NCBI GenBank assembly: GCA_951406725.2
Contig: OX597825.1
Coordinates: 83,452,001-83,516,000 of the forward strand
Direction of reading: 5' to 3'
Length of the DNA: 64,000 nt
Source of the DNA: Octopus vulgaris
Lineage: Eukaryota
How positions within the stretch are numbered: the first letter of the stretch is position 1; every line of letters starts with the position of its first letter. Shown here one piece after another: positions 12,265 through 27,907 of this stretch. The notes under the pieces are model-generated. The model was not told the DNA's origin, made no database searches, and saw only the letters and a program-made list of their open reading frames with translations. The position numbers and the translations under genes are program-made.

Positions 12265-12715
12265 ACCCGCATTAATTGTGATTTATTATATGAAGGCAAG
12301 TGTCTGGAGGACAAAACTGAAAAGCGAGAGCGACTGGAGATGGACAAGAACACAACACAATGGAATTAGGTCATTCTGAAATATGAATATTATTTCCATA
12401 TTGTTAATAAAAACGTGGTATATTTGGAGCTTCTGGAAAGTTTAACTACAGACATTATACCGTTTCTAAAATTCTTCTAACGGAACACTTTAAACGAATA
12501 GATGTTGATTAGATTCATATTCTAGTAATCTTAGTTTCACCATTAATAACCTTTGTGTGAGAAATTATGTCCGCATACCACCTCCCAGTATTATTAGTGA
12601 CTTTCAGCCAAGCCAACAGAGAGCCTCTACTTACATATTTATTTATTCATGGTATTTAGATTAAGATTTTGATTTCATTGTTTGTAGTATGAGAATAATT
12701 AGCCTACATATACAT

Positions 12716-12798
<83 letters not shown>

Positions 12799-13117
12799 TA
12801 CATACACACATATACATATATATATATATGCATACATACACATATATGGGTACCTACACATATGTGTGTGTCTATATATGTACACAAATATCTGGGTGTT
12901 TGTATGTGCATATACATATATGTGTGTGCTATGTGTGTCTGTGTGTCTGTGTAAATATGTATGCACACATATAAAGTGTCCAACAGAGTAGGGAAGATTG
13001 AAGGATTGAGAGAGGGAGAGCGGAGATACCCTGAAATACGAGTATTCATATACGAATAGTTAGATATTTTCATACACACACACACAGACATTCACACACA
13101 CGCACATACACACAGAC

Positions 13118-13150
<33 letters not shown>

Positions 13151-14063
13151 TATATATATACATATATACATGCGTGATTGCATGCACACATGGTCGTCGT
13201 CGACCATCACTGACAAATTATCTTCCTAAATACTAAACAAAATGTCTGCCGTCATCAAAGTCTGTATTGAAGACTGAAAGTCAATAACACGTTGCACAAC
13301 ATTAAGAGTCTCACCAGAACGTCCAGAAATAAACAAGAGGAAGATCTATATGCATATAACTGTAACTATATATTGTTGTTTATATGTTCCAAATTAGTGT
13401 GACTAAATCGAAATCTAAGCAGTTGACGGAAAATAGATGAGCCGACTCTCTGGGAACATCATGTCCTATTCCCACACATGTGGTCCATCTATTTTTTCAG
13501 TTAATTGTTTAGATTTCGATTTAGACGCTCTAATTTGGAGCATATTTATGATAGAACATAATATATAATTACTGTTATTATAAAACAAAAAGACTGATGT
13601 GTTCGCTCTTCTCCGTAATGTACAAACTTTGGGTTTCTTTATAAATTCATTAATATACATATATACACGCGCACGTACACACACACACACACATGAAAAC
13701 ACAGACATATACGTATATATATATTTTTCCACTATGGGCTCCGTGTGAGCAGTCATCGAAAAGTTTTTGTGCATCTTGATGTTGACATAAGTTCCTTGCT
13801 TTTCCTGATGAGAAAGCGGCATAATATACTCCTTATTCCATCGTAATTAGGAATATGCAGCCTTCGAAACATATGTCGAAAATTAGGGAATTTTGTTAAT
13901 TCGTCGTTCAACTCCATTTTTTCATATATTTATATTTAAAAAAAAAACATACACATTTCCACACGAAATCACGTAACTTCAAACGTGTCTTCTCTGATGT
14001 GAATTTGCTACCCAGGTATCGGTTAACCGAATTATCCATAACAAGATAATTCATTCAACTACT

Positions 14064-14097
<34 letters not shown>

Positions 14098-14168
14098 AAC
14101 ATATATACTTATATATTTAAAAGTGAGTGTTCATTGATATCTGCCTGGGTATTTTAATCACTTGTTTT

Positions 14169-14212
<44 letters not shown>

Positions 14213-14249
14213 CACACACACACATACATACATACCTACACACACAGAG

Positions 14250-14295
<46 letters not shown>

Positions 14296-14709
14296 TAATG
14301 CATGCATGTATTTCGAAATTGCATCTGTTATTTATAAGTCTTCCCAGTATTATGTCACTCCTTATGATACAAAAATATTCATTATGATTGCATTCCTTAT
14401 TGAGATGCATTTCTGATAATGCTATAATCATTGTCTCAGATATCTCCGATGGCGAGTTGAAAGTCTTCCAATTCACTCACGTACTTTTTGTTCATCTCAT
14501 GAAACAAATATCTTCCACTAAACGCCAGTTTCTTCTGAAGTGAATGCGGCAGCTTGATTTCTTGTTTCCTACTTTAGAACACTATTGGCGTGTTCTTGGA
14601 ATACGAGATTACATCGGATAGAATGTACTGTGTTATTCGTTCAGGTTACCTGCATACTAAGTTCAAATCCTGTCGAGATTAAAGTTGTCATGAAGATGAT
14701 ACATATTCT

Positions 14710-15140
14710 TTTCTACTCTTGGCACAAGGCCTGGCATTTTGGTGGTGAGGAAGGCCCGGTCGATTAGATCTACCCCAGTATGCAACTGGTACTCAATTTA
14801 TCGACCCCGAGAGAAAGAAAGGCAAAGTCGACCTCAGCAGAATTTGAACTCAGAACGTAATGACAGACGAATTACAGCTAAGCATTTCGCCAGGCGTGCT
14901 AACGTTTCTTATTTCGTTTTGGCTCACAAGGGGCTAAACATAGAGGGAACAAACAAGGACAGACAATCGGATTAAGTCGATTACATCGACCACAGTGCGT
15001 AACTGGTACTTAATGTATCGACCCCGAAAGGCCAAATGGCAAAGTCGACCTCGGCAGAATTTGAACTCAGAACGTAATGACAGACGAAAAACCGTTAAGC
15101 ATTTCGCCCGGCGTGCTAACGTTTCTGCCAGCTCGCCGCC
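14710..15140 (-). mobile_element. SINE family A (tRNA head + Nin/Deu-like domain), nested dimer
   Basis: GGCGGCGAGCTGGCAGAAACGTTAGC head, GAGTTCAAAT B box and CCTTTCGGGGTCGATA..AAGTACCAG domain. A second unit restarts at GAAACGTTAGC directly after the tail. Confidence 0.85.
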
Positions 15141-15702
15141 TTGAAGATGACACATATTGTTAAAGAAAGACAAGCGATTTTTCCCTCTCACTGCCTTTCC
15201 CACATATCGCTTTCTCGCAACTTTGGCAGAAATTGGTCGTGGGCTCCGCTAGGTTTATATGCCCTAAGACACGGAATTGCTTGTTGGGTTGTAATTAGCA
15301 TAACGATAAATTAGTTCTGTATCGAATCTGGTGTATGATATTCCGGGTTTTCTGTTAATTGCGCATTTTCCTTTCGTCTTAATATAATTATGATTCATCA
15401 AAACATCGGAGCTACTGTTTCTTTTCCACTTTGTTAAGTTTTATCTTAAAGCTCAGATTTCTCGAGATAGCAGATTATACAATCTTTCAAGGTTCATACT
15501 TTATGAGCACAACAGAAATCCACCTGCAATGGACGCCATTTCGTCCCAAGGTTTACCTCCGGTTGCCACATCTACGGCTAGTAGGTTTAGAGTAACGTGA
15601 AATGAAATGACTTCTGAAGGATGCACGCGTCAAATAGTCCCAAAAATTGAATCCACGACTACACAAGCATGATATCAATGTTCGAAATATAAGACCACAT
15701 AT

Positions 15703-15926
15703 GGCGGCGAGCTGGCAGAATTGTTAGCGCGCCGGGTGAAATGTCAGCGGTATTTCGTCTGCCGTTGCATTCTAAGTTCAAATTCTGCCGAGGTCGACTT
15801 TCATCCTTTCGAGGTCGATAAATTAAGTATCAGCTACGCACTGGGGTCGATGTAATCGATTTAGTCCCTTTGTCTGTCCTTGTTTGTCCACTCTATGTTT
15901 ATCCCTTTGTGGGTAGTAAAGAAATA
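15703..15926 (+). mobile_element. SINE family A, full length with ~17-bp TSD
   Basis: Flanked by AATATAAGAC(C/T)ACATAT on both sides; tail ends AAAGAAATA. Confidence 0.9.
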
Positions 15927-16079
15927 AATATAAGACTACATATCTGGTTAAGTCATAAAAATACGTGATAGCTATGGCTGATGAACCTAGAAACAACAGC
16001 TCGTCGTTTCGATCCCGATATGTTTTGCTTCTCTCAGAAACAGTAAGAACTGCTTAGTACTGTTGCAAGCTATTTTTCT

Positions 16080-16500
16080 TTTGTTTATTCTTTTGTCGTT
16101 GATTTTTATTAGTTATTCTTTTTTGTATTTTGTAATTTTGTTTTTGTAATGACTACAGCCATCGCAGCATTGGTAAGCCTTCGTGTCATCATGAGGATCT
16201 CAGAGTCAGAAGATAATTGCCCATTAGCTTGTACGGTGTCTCTGAGCGGAACCCAAATGGCTATATTTTTTCTTCGCCAGCAGAAGGGCAAAGCGTCGAT
16301 CTACGGTTTTGTTGCGAACCACAACTACTTTGAGTTAGTTTCTGCCGCCATATCTATCCAATTGCTGTCCTCCATCAATTAGTTGGATTCCATACCATTC
16401 CTCTGGAATAAGTAGTGCTCCTATCTTGCTAGAAAGCCGCAGCAGCCAACTTCGATATAAAATGAGGCCGCGTGCTATCGTTTGATAAAAATCCTCATCT
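16080..16500 (-). mobile_element. Decayed 3' end of an RLE non-LTR retrotransposon (HERO/NeSL-like)
   Basis: Minus strand encodes YIEVGCCGF, resembling the (I/V)EVGCRGF RLE motif, followed by a UTR-like stretch and an A-rich tail. Confidence 0.4.
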
Positions 16501-16837
16501 ACCGAGTCCTGATATTTGAATATAGTTAGTTCTGAATTGCAATTAGAGAGGCTATTAGGCTATGAGGCTATTGTTTGTTTTCTTGTTTAATTAGTAAGAA
16601 GTATAATTCTTGCTGATTACATTGATTATATTTTTTTTTAAATAAATAACATTTTAATAAATAACGACAAAACAAAACAAAAACAATTGTTTATCTTTCG
16701 TGAGATTAAAAAACAAACAAACAAACATACAAAAATTGTGTTTATTTATTTCTCAGACAAGTTCTAATGATTGATCGTGATTTGAAATTATGTCGAGCAT
16801 GTGGAATAATGTTAAAAGGTGATTAATGTTGCTTGAG

Positions 16838-17470
<633 letters not shown>

Positions 17471-18906
17471 GACAGTGTGGACGATGGCTACAATGATACA
17501 AGCGAAAGAGGACAGCATTACGATAATTATGTATCGTGATACCATCTTCATTATGTTAAACTCTCGTTGGTAGAACTGTTAGAGCATTCTAGCATTTGTT
17601 CCGATTCTTTGTTGTTCCGATTCTTTGTGCTCAAATTTCAAATCCTATTAGCATAACCTTTGCCCCTTAACACTTTGCTACAATAGCCTAGCTGTAGAGG
17701 TCAGTGGGTCGACAGAACCGTTTATGACTGGGGAAACCTTCTTTGCTGTATTTTGTCTAGATTCTTTACTATCCCAAGGAAGGCGTGATGAAGTGCCTGC
17801 TTCATGTCAACACGTCAATGTTTTGTAAAACAAAATGTATCCAATGACAGCGGAAAAATCAAGATTTTATTCTTTCCCGTTGGAAGATGCGCATAGTAGT
17901 TTTTAGGACGGTTGACTCTTAATTATACGACGCATGATTATTAAATCACTGGTTGAATTCCCTGTCCAGGTTTATCATTGAAGAGGGTAATTTATTTCAC
18001 GTTGCTTCAGCGAGTTTACCTCATAATGAGTGCCAGCCAATTCTGGTGGCATTCTTAATTCTTCCAGCAGTCACATCATAGATATGCCACTGGACCAAAT
18101 GCTGAGAACATGGACAGCGTGTCTTATGTACACAGACACATGCACCGACACACACACACACACACACACGCACATACATACATGCACAAAATTAACAATT
18201 TGAGTGAATTTCATAGCAAACGTTTAAAAACAAAAGCAACCATCAAAATATAATGCCAAAATAAAATTCCCAATAGGGGCCAGAGTCATCTATTAGAGGT
18301 TAATCAATGAAGCCTACAAACTTGCTTTGCATAAAAGAGAAGTAGCCTTTGGTATCTGCGGTTTCTTGTCTTGCAGGAATATTCTCAGAATAAAGTATTC
18401 TCACCCACCTTTAAACAAATGTTATGATGTGGCACGCGCTCACCTGTCCACTCACAACTTCTTTTCCAAGCCAATCTTGAAAGAAATTAATGACACTGTG
18501 GCCAAGAATGAAAATGACTGCCTTCCGTCATTTCAGTCAACTACATCTTCCGTCATTTCAGTCAACTCCCCCTTTGCGATTTCTCCACTACAATGAATAA
18601 TTGAATGGGCTTCATTGATAAAGTTAGATAACGAGGTGATTGCCACTGTAAATTATAATTACTACTTATCTAACCACAATGTCTGCAGTTCTGCGTGGAT
18701 CGAGTTATCTAACACGTTAGACATGAATACACCACTCTTACTTTATTGTATCGACTTCGGAGGGTTAACAGACGAAGATGACCTCGGAAAGATTAAACAC
18801 AAAACGCAGAGTGCCGAAACGAATTCGAACAACTGTTTATTGCTAAAAAATAAATGAATCCCGTTTTTTATCCTCGGCTTTGTTTTTGGAGAATTTTAGA
18901 TTTAAT

Positions 18907-19292
18907 CTAGCAGTATCGCCCGGCGTTGCTCGGGTTTGTTTCGACCCTTTAAAATTAGAATTTTCGAAAAGTAAAAATTTTCCATTGCGTAGCTTGTTAT
19001 TCTCTTTAAGTGAACATTTTTCTGGTTGAAATACACCGAAAAATGGCGACACAGTCAAAAAATCATAAAAATAGGGATTTTCATAGAAAGAAAGCACCTT
19101 TTTGATGTAAATAATTGTTGGTGTTAACATGGTCCAATTTGAATTTTCTCTTGTACGGAAGGAACAGCAAGCCTTCTTCTATCATACTCTCAATTTTGGT
19201 CAACTTGCACCGCAGGGTCTCGGAGGAGATAGTGTTAGTTGAAGGCTACCAAACCTGCCATACACAGACAACTTCAGCTTTATATATATAGA
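18907..19292 (-). mobile_element. Non-autonomous Helitron-like element
   Basis: Minus strand starts A|TCTATATATATAAAG and ends ACAAACCCGAGCAACGCCGGGCGATACTGCTAG (subterminal hairpin + CTAG). No TSD. Confidence 0.8.
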
Positions 19293-20040
19293 TATAATAT
19301 ATCAATTTGTAGATTTTGATTGAATTTTAAAGCTTCTTATTGGTTTGAGTTGCATGGTATTCCATAGCATCTGCTTTTTGTGAAACCATCGAAGAATATC
19401 ATGAAAATTAGTTACCAACATAGATATAGTGCCTAATATTTCCAGCGAACTATAATCGATTTTATTGTATTAAATATTTCAATGATACTCAATTTATTAA
19501 TCTCAGGAGATTAAAGTTGACCTTTGCAGGTTTCGAAATCAGAACATAAAGATACGCAAGTGTACACGACAAGGCATTATGTCCATCAATTCCACCCGTC
19601 TTTTATCATGTGTGTCCTATATAATAATGTTAAATCCTGATTGTGACCCGAGAAAGCGAAAGATGCTAAAGATGTTCTTCCGTACAAATAATGTGGAAAA
19701 ATGCAATAATAAAATTATATTTGATAAGCGGATTAGTGTAAATTCAGATAATCGAGAAGATAAATTCCGAAGATAATCGTCTTTCAAGAATCAGGAAGAA
19801 TTTCATATTAATCATGGCGGTATTGGAGCAAAAATAAGATATTTTTCACAAAGGTCAGTCTTCGTGTTTGATTTAATTAAGATTAATGACTGTCGATAAA
19901 CTAGAGCCGAAACACTGGTCTCATCTTCAATGTGAAATGCATAGCGTAATAGATAGACAATACGCTGGCCAGTGTACTGTGTGATTGTCTAATAGGAGGA
20001 GGCATCTCTGATTGGCAATTAATATGAGGCATGTGGAAAA

Positions 20041-20655
20041 GGCGGCAAGCTGGCAGAATCGTTAGCACACCGGGCGAAATTCGTAGCCGTATTTCGTCTG
20101 CCGCTACGTTCTGAGTTCAAATTCCGCCGAGTTCGACTTTGCCCTTCAGCCTTTCGGGGTCTATAGATTAAGTACCAGTTACGCAGTGGGATCGATATAA
20201 TCGACTCAATCCGTTTGTCTGTCCTTGTTTGTACCCTCTGTGTTTAGCCCCTTGTGAGTAGTAAAGAAATAGGTATTTCCTCTGCCGCTACGGTCTGAGT
20301 TCAAATTCCGCCGAGGTCGACTTTGCCTTTCATCCTTTCGGGGTCGATAAATTAAGTACCAGTTACGCACTAGGGTCGATATAATTGACTTAATACGTCT
20401 GTCTGTCCTTGTTTGTCCCCTCTGCTTTTAGCCCCTTGTGGGTAGTAAAGAAATAAGAATCGTTAGAACACTAAGTAAAATGCTTTACAACGTTCCCCTT
20501 GTTTTTGCGATCTGAGTTCAAATTCCGTTGAGGTCGATTTTGTCTTTTCATCATTTTAGGGTCGATAAAATAATTACCATTCTGAGCACTACGGTCGATG
20601 TAACTGACTTATCCCTCACCCCATACTAGCTGGCCTTGTGTCACAGTTTTAAACT
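20041..20655 (+). mobile_element. SINE family A nested trimer
   Basis: Full unit, then a unit restarting at GGTATTTC (~20272), then an older unit restarting at GAATCGTTAG (~20457). Outer direct repeat TAATATGAGGCAT. Confidence 0.9.
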
Positions 20656-21310
20656 AATATGAGGCATATATACGGCGGCGGTCTGATAGAATCGTTGCTG
20701 CGCCGAAAAACAGCCTAGTAGTATTTATTCTAACATTTTATTCTGAGTTCAAAATCTTGAACTTAGGTCTTTGGTTGAACTTTAATCTAAAAACAAGTTA
20801 TACAGCTATAGATGAAGCACTATTAAGTTTGTAGAAAAATATTCGTCTTCAAATAATAATAGATGACATAGGAACGTCTAAAGTTTATTAGACAATGAAA
20901 ACAAGATACGTTACGACTAAAAATATATTTCTGTTGTATTTAGGTAAAACTTAAATTTGTCATAGCATGGAGTCTAAAGTATATAACGAGTTAGAGTACC
21001 TTTAGGGTGCATCAAATTTAGTTATTGCTTACGTAATACTTTGTAGGAAATCTATTACAAAATTAGTCTTAATACAATTATAATTAAATATAACGTAATA
21101 AAAATGATAGTAACGAAACTAAAACCGACAAATACGAAGAGAAACAATAACTATTGATATTTTCCTCCTGAAACCAATAACTACTTGGATGAAAGAAAGA
21201 TTACAGAAGGAAGAATAACGAATAAATATTTATCAGAAATGCGGTTAATATGAGTTGAAAAGATTTTACCAAGAAAATGCTTCTGAATTGCATCACTTCA
21301 AGTGCATGAA

Positions 21311-22121
<811 letters not shown>

Positions 22122-25100
22122 ACTATATTTTTATTTTTATTTCTGTCAATCTATTTAACCATCTACCAATCCATCCATCTATACACACATCTATTTTCTC
22201 ACCTAACGATTTATCTTCCTGTTTAGCTATATATCTAACTACTTTTCTCACTGCTTCTACTCTTTCTCCTTCCCTCTCTCTCTCTCTCTCTCCCGATCTC
22301 TTTTTATGTATGTGTGTGTGTTTGTGTATAAACATATAGCTATAAATCTATCTACCTATTTATACCTCCATCTGTCCACCTATCCGTCCATTATCTGTCC
22401 ATACCTTGAAAGTTATAAAACGTACCATTGAATGCTGCACATAGGGTGACGTAACTATGTTAAAGCAAGCAACCGGATTGCTAAATGCAGACATGGGAAA
22501 TTGTTTATAAGATGAATCGTAGGACATGTAACAATTATTGATGTACGAGACACAACCAGATAGTTGTAGCTTGTGGAAATACTTTCGAATTGAAACTCGT
22601 AGTCAAAGAATTTCTCAATTGCTGTTTCTATTCCTCAGATCTACGGAAAATACCAATTATACGCCATCATACGCTATGATAGTATTAATAACCAGATATG
22701 CCTTAAATTGTATACAACTGTCTTGAAACTGGAAAGATGCATTGGTTTAATGCTGTCCTGGAGACACAGTCTTAAAATAATGAAGACGTCATGAATAGAA
22801 CGCAGTTTTAAGTAGATATGTTCACTCAGAACCAACGTGAGTTCAAATAACTACCTTGACATCTAGATATGCTTCCCAAATGAGAGACAAATATTCGTAT
22901 ATTCTTTGGTCAGGTTCCACATCTAGTTTCAAATGTCATTTTCTTTAACCTCAGGTCAGTTCCAACAGGTCATTTCTGTGTGAGTTCTGTGTTTTCAAAC
23001 CTTCACCACCTATGACTGCTCAATCAAATGTATTTTTCCATTTATTTATATATGATACTTCTTAGACTCAAAGGATTCCGTTGCAATTTCATTAATATCG
23101 AATGATTCGCCAAAGCCCTTTCATTATCTGTATTGAACTGAGGTATATCACATTTGTCCCCTATACTCTTTGGAAAACTCCCAAGACAGATCATTCAATT
23201 GTTTCCCCTGAAACTCTAGGGACCAAGAGACGAAAGACCACCGAATAATTTTGTTATGCAATGTAAAATAATTAATACATTCTTTTGATAAGAACTATAC
23301 AGAGTATATAACAAATTTAAAATGAGAATTCAGCAGGAAGGAATATTTCAGAAGTAGGGTTTTTCTTTTTCAAAGTGATTTTTGCAGACTCGGCGAAAGC
23401 GTTTGTTTCATATTTTTAGAATGAAGAAAACAATATGGATTCTTTTCAGACTAAACTGCTACAATAGGAAGAGACAAAAGTTCATTTTAGGAATAACAAA
23501 GTCTTCGAAACATTACAAAAAACATGTCTTCCTAGCAGTTCTTATTTTGCTTTATGACCTATCTTAATCTCCTGGATGCAGAAATGAAAACAAAAAACAC
23601 TTCATGAAAGATAGCATGTATTGAATTCTTTCGATTCTATAAAATAGTAAATCAACCGTAAGCGATTACTTAGCAGAATTCAGTTCGCGCAGATCGATGA
23701 GATCTCTGCGATAACTTTAAATGTTATCGCAACACCCTTCACCCAACCATTATCTTCCTCCGTTATCAGATAATTCCTGTTCATACCATACGCCCGTCTT
23801 TATATAGCAACGCCAAATATAAACTTTGAATGGAATTGAAACTGAAATATTTCAAATTATAATCAGGGTTGTCAATCAAAGAGCTAATATCTAGCAATAA
23901 ATTGGTTTTTAATAGAGGAGCTAAAAATGCCTATAAGTTGGTCTCATGAGAGAAAGAGAGGAATACAGTGACAGAGAGGGAGAGAGAGATTAGTATCACT
24001 TAAGGTGTTTCCCCGATCTGGATGATATTGTCGGCAATGTGATTTACGTACGTCAAAATACGAGATCATATTGTAATAACCGTTTAATAAGCAGTGATTT
24101 ATAAAAAAAAAACAGAAATAGACAATTGAATAATGGGTATATAGTTACAGAAAGAAAAACAACACCACACTCTAGGCATGTGTGTGTGTGTGTGTGTGTA
24201 TGTGTTTGTGTGTGTGTTTTTGTGTGCGCGTGTGTGCAATCGGATGAAATTCAGGAAAACGATGTTCTTATATAACTTTATTCGAAGGTAAACAATAGTT
24301 TTGAATGGATAAAGTATTTTATTACCTATAGAAGCTATTTACATTGGTTTCTATATTCATATGCATCTGTGTGTGTGTGTGTGTGTATTGAATAGAGATC
24401 GTACAGGTTTGGGTTGCCAGGTGAACGCCCCCGATAAAAAGTGGGGTAAGCGAGTAATGGGTGCAACAAGTTGGTATAAAAGCTGGGGAGGGAACAAGAT
24501 GCGAGAAATTCTACCAAATCTCTCTCAAATCACATGCTATGTTTTTTTAATAAAAGAGATACGTTGAAGTCCGTAATCCCAATACAGTGTGATTGAAATA
24601 GAAAAGATGGAAGAATGCAAAGGCGTGATGGTCATATGGATTTAATGTATTTTAACAATAGGACTCATTGATCGGAGATGAACTTGGATTAACGAAACCC
24701 CCAGCCAAATAACAACCGTTATTATAACGCAAGCCACTATGTTACACACAAAGTATATAATAAGCTAAGTTGAAAGTAGTCAGAAAGAGAGAGAGAGAAT
24801 AATTGTTCGGAAGCATTGTGCGAATATGTTTTGATATTTTCTACGTCTATACTCTGCCTGTTTACAGATCAACTTATGTATTTATATTGCAATTAATTTC
24901 CATCCAGAGAAACTGGAATTGGAATTTTGAATAAACGTTATATCAATATATAAGAGAGTCAATAATTTCTTCATTGAAAATGGCGCAGGAATCAATATTT
25001 GAAATATTCGATGAATATTAAAGATCATTACGAATATTTATTGATTTAAATTTATTGTAAATTGTCTAAATTAGCTATATGCTTCTTTCTTTCTTTCTTT

Positions 25101-25426
25101 TTTTGATCGCAAGCATGGTCTTTTGGTTAAATATTTTGCATTGCAACCATATGCTTCCAAGTAGAGCCTGCCTGTGCAATACCTTAGGCAAGTGTTTCTT
25201 CCCCGGGCTTACCAGTGCATTGTTATTTTATATGGTAGACGGAATCCCTATAGGAGTGCGCCCTATGTTTGTCTTATGCAATTATGCCTCTGTGTGTGTG
25301 TATATGTGTTTGCAGAATCGTTAGGACAACGGGCGAAATGCTTAGCGGCATTTCGTCCGTCTTGACGTTCTTAGTTCAAATTCCACCAAAGTCGACGTTG
25401 CATTTCATACTTTCTTGACCTCCATA

Positions 25427-25610
<184 letters not shown>

Positions 25611-25659
25611 TATCACAAATTACCTCAGGAATAAGAACGTAGGTTCGAAATTTCCCCAA

Positions 25660-25705
25660 GACACCTGATGAAGACTGGAGCGTATATCAAACGAAACGTT
25701 GTGTT
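25660..25705 (+). ncRNA. Minimal type I hammerhead ribozyme (PLE-type), stem II weakened
   Basis: GACAC-CTGATGA-AGACTGGAGCGTATATCAAAC-GAAAC-GTT-GTGTT: intact core, stem I GACAC/GTGTT, palindromic stem III AACGTT and GUU site. Confidence 0.7.
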
Positions 25706-25875
25706 AACAACAAAGGACAAATATCCGTCAAATGTAAATAATGTAAATAATAAAAATAAGTACAAGTTGAACAGTCGGTTCGACGTAGTCGTCTCATCTC
25801 CTCCCCCAAAATGCTGCCCTTGTGGCAAAATTTGAAACCATTATTTTTATTGTTGTTATCATTAAGGCAGGGAAA

Positions 25876-26030
25876 GGCGGCGAGCTGGCTGAATCGTTAG
25901 CACGCCAGGCGTAATGCTTAGCAATATTTCGTCTGCCGCTACAGTCAGCGTTCAAATTCCGCCGAGGTAGACTTTGCCTTTCATCCAGTCGGGGTCGATA
26001 AATAAAGTACCAGTTACGCACTGGCGTCGA
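25876..26030 (+). mobile_element. SINE family A, 3'-truncated
   Basis: Family A head and central domain. Confidence 0.85.
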
Positions 26031-27101
26031 TATAATAATTCTAAAGTAGCGTTAAGAATTTAATGTCGTAGGACGAGAGAAGAAGAGAAGGTAGAGGGAA
26101 GGAGAATTAAAGGAATAATTGAGATATAAACAAATAGAAGGTGAATGACAAATGGATAGAAATGATATAAAAAGATTCGGATGCATAGGGGGTGGAATAA
26201 AGTGAAAGTTGTAGATATTGTTGGATAAGGGGGCAAATATTTGAAATAGCTGAAAGTGTGTTTTTTTCCAATGTAAACACCTGTAAACACGCTCATCATA
26301 GGTGTTGACGAATGTGTTTGGAAAAAACGGATAAAGAGTTGTTAATTCGTACAAAGATGGTAAAAGGATTTCCCTTTATCATACGGAAAGGATCTTGACA
26401 AAATTTTGCAATCCATAGAAAACTGTTTATTACAGTCTTTGAGATACCAAATTTGTTTACTGAGACCTGTAGTATTACGTTTATTAATATTTTTAAATGT
26501 AGAAAAATGTTTGGATATGTATTTTTTTCTGTGGATGATATACCAACCTAAAACTACTCTTTAGTTCCCGAAGAAATTTTACATTGATTAACAGCATTTT
26601 TAATTTTGCAATCTCTGTTGAGAACGCCAGTTTTATTCGGACCACAATTACAAGTAATATTACGATTGATGTTATCATTTAAGGAGTGACTATCATTATT
26701 AATATTATTACAGTTATTAAGCAAAATCCTTTTACTGTTAAGAATATAGTTGTTATGCGAGGATATAATTTGTAGGAGATTATTAGCGTTGGAGAAACCA
26801 ATTCTGATACGATGTGAGTTGAAAATAGAGTGGCCTCTTTCATTGCTTTCATGAAACAGGTAAGGAAAGTTAGTTTTAATTTCCTTTCCGTATGGAATAA
26901 TGAAACAAATTGTTTTACTAGGATCATGCGATTTAGAGGGGGATTTCTCATTAGAAACAGTGAAGTTCTTTTATTTTTACAGGAAAAGAGTGCGGCAGTA
27001 TATCTACCTCCCTTAGGCTGTTGATTTTCAAATTTACAACGATTAGACGTTTTACTATTTCGATATAGAGGAATTATTATCGAGCTTATTACATGATCTA
27101 G

Positions 27102-27531
27102 CGGGAGTGGCTCTGTGGTAAGTAGTTTGCTTACGAACCACATGGTGCCGGTTTCAGTCACACTGCGTGGCACCTTGGTCCAGTGTCTTCTACTATAACC
27201 TCAGGCCGACCAAAGCCTTGTGAGTGGATTTGATGGACGGAAACTGAAAGAAGCCCTTCGTATATATGTATATATATATATATGTGTGTCTGTGCGTGTG
27301 TGTGTGTGTGTGTGTGTCTGTCTGTGTGTGTGTGTTTGTGTGTCCCCTCAACATCGCTTGACAACAAATGCTGGTGTGTTTAAGTCGCCGTAACATTAGC
27401 GGCTCGGCAAAAGGGGCCGATAGAATAAGTACTAGGTTTGCAAAGAATAAGTCCTGGGGTCGAGTTGCTCGACTAAACGCGGTGCTCCAGCATGACCACA
27501 GTCAAATGAATGAAACAAGTAAAAGAGTAAA
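27102..27531 (+). mobile_element. SINE family B, near full length
   Basis: tRNA-like head, internal (TA)n(TG)n, tail GAAACAAGTAAAAGAGTAAA. Confidence 0.9.
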
Positions 27532-27907
27532 GTGATATGGAAGAAAACTATGAGTATTAGTATTATTATTATTATCAGTATAACTACTATAATACAGATT
27601 ATTAGAAACACACATAGAAACCCTTGAACCTCCATAAAATCTCTCATATTCATCTTCGTATATATCCATAAATCTAACCACATATTGTTGCTAAAATAAC
27701 AAACGTAAATTTTAGATATTTTCAAAAGATATGGAAAAAATTGGTTTTCCTCCTTGAGAATACGCAAAATTCTGATATGGAATAGATGTTATGAATTATT
27801 AGAAATATATTCGAAAGACAGAAAGGAGGACAGAGAGAGAGGGGGAGAGAGGGGGAGATTGAGATCTGTTAAAGTGATCAAGAGTTATATTAAGTATTAT
27901 TATTATT

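Noticed and set aside
15978-16012. CTGATGA-ACCTA-GAAAC
   Set aside because: No stem I partner and no consistent stem III; likely chance.
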